From positions 2,728,001 through 2,792,000 of the forward strand of contig NC_087465.1 of assembly GCF_036321535.1 (NCBI RefSeq): 64,000 bases of DNA, written 5' to 3'. Below are positions 59,001 through 64,000 of this stretch, one piece after another. The translations under genes and the position numbers were made by a program. Positions within the stretch are counted from its first letter, which is position 1; every line of letters starts with the position of its first letter. The notes under the pieces are model-generated. The model had not been told where the DNA came from. It saw nothing but the letters and a program-made list of their open reading frames with translations, and did no database searches. This stretch comes from Camelus dromedarius. Its lineage: Eukaryota.

Positions 59001-59544
59001 TGAAAAAGCAGCTAGGTATCGGATAAACCCTCCCGCTAGCTGCTCACTTGTTAATCAGACTCTGGTTTCAGTTGGGAAGTGGGACACCTCAGCGACTGGC
59101 TGAAAATGGCTCTTAAATTCCCTCCTGAAGTTTTCATTTTAGAACCACTAGTGGGAGCAGTAACCAGACTGCACCATTTTCAGCGGCCCACAGCAATGCT
59201 GTCATTCATTCCAAAAATATTTGCTTAGTGCAGTGTTTCCTAAAGTAGGACTACTAGTGTGCTAGATAATTTGCCTGCATTTTCTACAATCTGTAATGGA
59301 ACCATCTTAATATGGCCCTTATTTAAGGATATATGTGATACATTTATTCTAGAATTTAATGTCAGGAAACAGTTTTCTCCAGATGAACTCATTTGATTCC
59401 ATCCAACAGACAATATGAACTTTATAACCTTTTTCTGTTTCCTCCCTTTTCCCTGACTGCCAGGACATGCAGAACTAAATCGATCAATTACAAAACTCTC
59501 TTTACTCTTCTCATTGGATGGTTTCTGATTTGTGTCTCCGTTAT

Positions 59545-59900
59545 TTTTTTAAAAAATTATTCAATAATACTTGTTAAAGATCCACAAAATTTGATAATGT
59601 ATGAAAAACACAAATATTATCCATAGCTCTGCCATCAGTGATAACCACCATCAACACTGGGCTGTGTATACTTCAGACTTTCTTCTGCTACTGTAATAAA
59701 TATTATATACATTGGCAATGGCATAGTGGGTGTATTCTGTAAGCTGCCTTTTCACTTAGTAGTAGCTCATGATCAGTTTTCTGTGCCAATACAGAACTAT
59801 AGCCATTTTTAACGGGTTGTATAGTTTTCCATGGGTGTATATAATTTACCTACATAGGCTTTTATTAGTGTCTTTAGATTGTTTTTATCTTTCAATTATA
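59545..59900 (-). mobile_element. Ancient L1ME-type 3' remnant in RP1 intron 1
   Basis: ATAACCACCATCAACACT...CTGCCTTTTCACTTAG...CATTTTTAACGGGTTGTATAGTTTTCCAT. Confidence 0.5.
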
Positions 59901-60111
59901 TCTACCCTTATTTAATTGTTTCTTTTGTGACTTTTTATTGTAAGCCCTTGAAACTTACCTTTCAAAATAGGTGGTATAATGAATGAATAGATGAATGAAT
60001 GAAATCCTAGGAAGAGCCTGGGTACCTACAACTATAACCAGCTGGCCTTCGCACGTGGTGCTGTTGCTGTGAAGATGAACAATTTTCTTCCGCCTCCAGG
60101 TCTCGATCAAC

Positions 60112-60723
60112 ATGAGCGGAACTCTCTCCACTAGCTTTGCCATGATCCGTCGGACTTCTTCCGAAGGTCAGGCTCCTTCCTCTCGCCAGCTGCGCGTCGC
60201 TCAGCCTGTCGTGGCCAAAAGGATCAGCTTCTACAAGAGCGGAGACCCGCAGTTTGGGGGCGTCCGGGTGGTGGTGAACCCCCGTTCTTTCAAGACGTTC
60301 GATGCTTTGCTGGATAACTTGTCGGGGAAGGTGCCCCTGCCGTTCGGGGTGAGGAACATCAGCACCCCTCGGGGAAGGCACAGCATCACGCGCCTGGAGG
60401 AGCTGGAGGACGGCCAGTCGTACCTGTGCTCCCACGGCAGGAAGGTGCAGCCGGTGGACCTGGACAAGGCCCGCCGGCGCCCGCGGCCCTGGCTCAGCAG
60501 CCGGGCCCTCAGCGCGCACGCGCAGCGCGCCCCCGCCCCCGCCGCTCCCGGCATGCTGCGCGCGCCGCGCAGGCTCCTGGTCTTCAGGAATGGCGACCCG
60601 AAGACGAGGCGCGCGGTGGTGCTGAGCAGGCGGGTCACGCAGAGCTTCGAGGTCTTTCTGCAGCACCTGACGGAGGTCATGCAGCGCCCGGTGACCAAGC
60701 TGTACGCCACGGACGGGCGGAAG
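60112..60723 (+). CDS. RP1: RP1 first coding exon (exon 2, exon starts 60100): DCX domain 1 and most of DCX domain 2
   Basis: Translation [20 protein letters not shown]...[97 protein letters not shown]...KLYATDGRK matches the mammalian RP1 N-terminus as recalled. Acceptor CCAG at 60096-60099, 12 nt of UTR, A at -3 of the ATG, donor AAG|GTGAGC at 60723/60724. 612 nt, phase 0. Confidence 0.98.
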
Positions 60724-60920
60724 GTGAGCACTTCGGCGGGCTCCTCCTGTCTGCGCCGTCGCGGCAAGGGTCGCGGTGGCGGCCCTGGGGAAGGCAGGCT
60801 CTTCCCACGTGCGTGCGTATGAGCGTGCGCGCCCCCGCGCTCGTGGGCGGGCGCTGGCTCGCTGGAGTGGCTGCTCTCTCGGTTCCCGCGAGGGACACTG
60901 ACGGGGCGTGGGCCCGAGGC
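60180..60920. promoter_or_regulatory. CpG island over RP1 exon 2 and 5' intron 2
   Basis: Very high GC and dense CpG, falling sharply on both sides. Confidence 0.8.
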
Positions 60921-61431
60921 CTCTCTCCTCCCTCACACTCCCTCCCCGAGCCCAGAGTTGTAGACGGGTTGACGCAGAATCTAGTCTCCTCAACAGTTCT
61001 TGGGAAGGAGTGGCCAGGCATCTTCTGGGACCAGCTGACGGGCCGGGGAGAGTCCCCTGCAGGGGACAGCGTGTCCACAGTGGTCCCTTGCCGACCTGGC
61101 GTGTCCTGCAGGCCCTTTCTCAGCTGGATCCTTGGGTGGGGAAGACAGGCAGCACTACATCCTGTTAAAGAGCTCAGTGGTTCTGATGGAAGAAGACCGG
61201 TCAGTCTCCGCCAGCTGGAGGCTGAGTAAGGGTATGGTCTACCCCCCACCCCCCACCCCCGGTACTTAGTCGTTTTATATACATCATTAGTGCCTAACAA
61301 ATGCTTGGCTTCCTGATTCTCTCGCTCAAGTCCAGGAGGTGGTTGAATTAACTCAGTTGTAAACTCACTGTACGGAAAGAACAAAACTTCGTGTTGCTCA
61401 CGTAAGGACCATACTCTGGTTTTTTTTCTAG

Positions 61432-61686
<255 letters not shown>

Positions 61687-63551
61687 TGACCAGTTTCCTT
61701 CATTACAGAAAACGAGGGGATCAGAAACGTTCTGAACTGAAATTGGTTATATTTATAGCTGGAAAGAGTCATAGAGATTATCTAATAATTTTTCTTTTAA
61801 AGATTTTTTTTTCAAGTTAATAAATGGTGTATCAGTTTAAATTGATGAAGTATGTTTTTTAATCTTTGCATGTAGTACCTAGAGAAAAAATCAAAGTGGG
61901 AGAGGAACCCTGTGGCATATGTCTAAGCGGTACTCTGGTAGTTACAGAATTTTCTCTAAATAATGCCGTGCAGTATCACGGTTGAGCTCAGGTTAGTTGA
62001 TGTACATATTTTTAAAAATCTCTTTAACTGCATACATGCTCTACTTTCTGAAGTTACTCCAGTAAAAATCACAGGTCCTTAGATCCACTTTTTATTTATT
62101 TAAAAAAAAAGAGGTTTATTTAGCCAGATAATGCTGGTTAACTGTACTCTAGGTTGATAATTCCTTAGGAAATGCCATGCAATGTGACATTATCTTTTGG
62201 ATAGGGGAGGAGGAGGCCCTCAACACCCAGGAGTGTGGGATAGGCTGTAAATTCTCCTTGCAGGCGTGGCTAATCTCATTATTCATTGTACTCAGTATTT
62301 TAGCTCTATGCGAAAGTACTTATTGCCTTTTATACTTAAATTTTAGTTTTTATTTCATTTAAACATGGAATAATACACATTTTAAGTTGTTTTAATTCCT
62401 CTATTTATTGCTAAAATGGGTGAATCTCAGTTATTATTGTTGTTACTTAGTTATTTCATGAATATACTTAATAGATAATTATTAGTGTTTCTGTTTTGTA
62501 GGCATAGCTGCCAAATACCTGTTATGCATAGGGTAGTCCTATTCCATCTTGGTCATTTTACGAAAATGGGTTTATTCTGTCTGATATGAGTTGCTGAGTA
62601 TGATTTTTCATGGTGTCAGGGAATCTGAGGGTTTTGTTGAGTTTTACTTTTAAAAAATTGTGAATGAGATATTTTCATTTATAATGTTAGTGAAAGTATA
62701 CCAAAAATAAAAGCAAACATCTCTAGGCCTACTCTGAAACTTTAAAGATATGTAATTGGTGGTCAGCATGTGCACATCTATACAAACTACTACCAATATG
62801 AATTTGATTGAATTTAGGAAGCATGAGTGCCATAGTTACCACTAGAGATAAACTTTAAAAAATTACGTAGATATCTGGGTCTATGAGTAGCTTTATTTCC
62901 TTTTGTTATTGATATTAAATCAAGTGTACTGGTTATACAAAATGGATGCTCAATTAATAATTATTACTAGATTAATCTAGCTTTAAAAATAAATTCTAAA
63001 AATGTTTTTGCTTTCATACTGCTATATAATAATCTCTCTTGGATATGCACAGATAGGAAAATTAATGCCAACATAAATTATTACTTGCTTATCCTAATAG
63101 GTAAGCGGCACTTGGTTAGACTCCAGTTTCAGTAATGGTAAACAAAATAAAATAACAAAACAAAACCCCATGAAAATCTCTTAATTTTTGCTAGAATTCT
63201 TAGCAGTTTCTACTTTATACTTTCCTTATTAAAATTTCCTTGTTAAACTCGTTAAAATTAAAAATTTGTGAACTTCCTCATTGAAGTAAAATTGTAAGTT
63301 CCTTTTTAAAGAGTAGTGTGTAGAAATGTTCCAGATATTACAATGAGCTAAAAAACCGATGAATACATAGAAGTGAGAAACTTATTAATAACATCTTACT
63401 ATGAAATTTAGAAAATACGGTATTTCTCACACTAATGATTTATTTTTTTCTTTTCTTTCTTTGCTACCTCTTCTATTGGATATTTATAACTTCTCTACCT
63501 TCCACATTATATTTTAACGTGGGGCATCTTTTCCTTTTAAAATTTTGAAAG

Positions 63552-64000
63552 TGAGCACACAGGTGCCTTCAAGCCCAAGATCCCAGATTTATTCTGTTTC
63601 TTCTGACAAAATGCAGAGTAATGATTGCTATTCAGAACATTCTTTTGCTTCTGAAAATTACTTGGCCTTAGAAAAAAGTGATTCTCAGAATTTATTCATA
63701 TATCCTTCTGAAGATGATGTTGAGAAATCAATTATTTTTAATCAAGATGGCACTATGACAGTTGAAATGAAAGTTCGATTCAAGATAAAAGAGGAGGAAA
63801 CCATAAAATGGACAACCACTGTCAATAGAGCTGATCTTTCTAATAATGATGAAAAGAGTGAGATAAGAAGTTTTCCAGGGAGAACAGATGATCGATCATC
63901 TGGTTTAAAGATTACAGCATGTTCATTGTCTGCAGATGTCTCACCTCTGGAGAAAGGCAATAATCAAGAGGGCAGTTTGGCAGAGGAGATAAACACTCAA
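63552..64000 (+). CDS. RP1: RP1 exon 4, 5' part (runs off the window)
   Basis: Acceptor TTTTGAAAG ending 63551. The phase-1 join (A|TG) gives an open frame to 64000: [20 protein letters not shown]...[41 protein letters not shown]...SLAEEINTQ, matching RP1 as recalled. Absent from the ORF track because it has no stop in the window. Confidence 0.96.

Noticed and set aside
60112-60822. The 236-aa ORF as a complete protein
   Set aside because: RP1 similarity ends at ...ATDGRK, exactly at the GT donor (60724). The remaining residues are intron 2 read-through.
60007-61229. Long ORFs 60007-60993 (-, 328 aa), 60231-60767 (-) and 60426-61229 (+) overlapping RP1 exon 2
   Set aside because: They are Arg/Ala/Pro/Gly-rich shadows of a GC-rich exon and CpG island, where stops are scarce. 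No recognisable domain.
63742-63960. Minus-strand 72-aa ORF
   Set aside because: It is the antisense shadow of RP1 exon 4.

Overview
Mammalian genomic DNA, almost certainly a camelid: it carries five copies of the tRNA-Ala-derived Vic-1-type SINE plus cetartiodactyl-type L1 3' ends. The only protein-coding gene I can support is the 5' part of RP1 (oxygen-regulated protein 1, a photoreceptor axonemal doublecortin-domain protein) on the + strand. It has non-coding exon 1 (~55961-56088), exon 2 (60100-60723, ATG 60112), exon 3 (61432-61603) and the start of the large exon 4 (63552 to the window end). All splice sites are GT-AG and the reading frame is continuous. The first ~56 kb is non-coding: many L1, L2, MIR, MaLR/ERV LTR and DNA-transposon remnants, two N gaps inside L1 copies, and four 'orphan' CpG islands (11.6, 20.4-21.2, 22.6 and 27.2 kb). 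Repeat family names and boundaries come from recalled consensus sequences and are approximate. I found no convincing new protein-coding system. The best leads are (i) a canonically spaced RFX X-box in the 27.2-27.7 kb CpG island, a candidate alternative ciliary promoter for RP1; (ii) strong local AT-to-GC bias in repeats at 27.9-29.3 kb compared with sister copies in the window, suggesting GC-biased gene conversion or germline hypomethylation; (iii) a tandem-duplicated HRE core (TACGTG) upstream of an oxygen-regulated gene; and (iv) a possible intron-3-terminated, DCX-only RP1 isoform.
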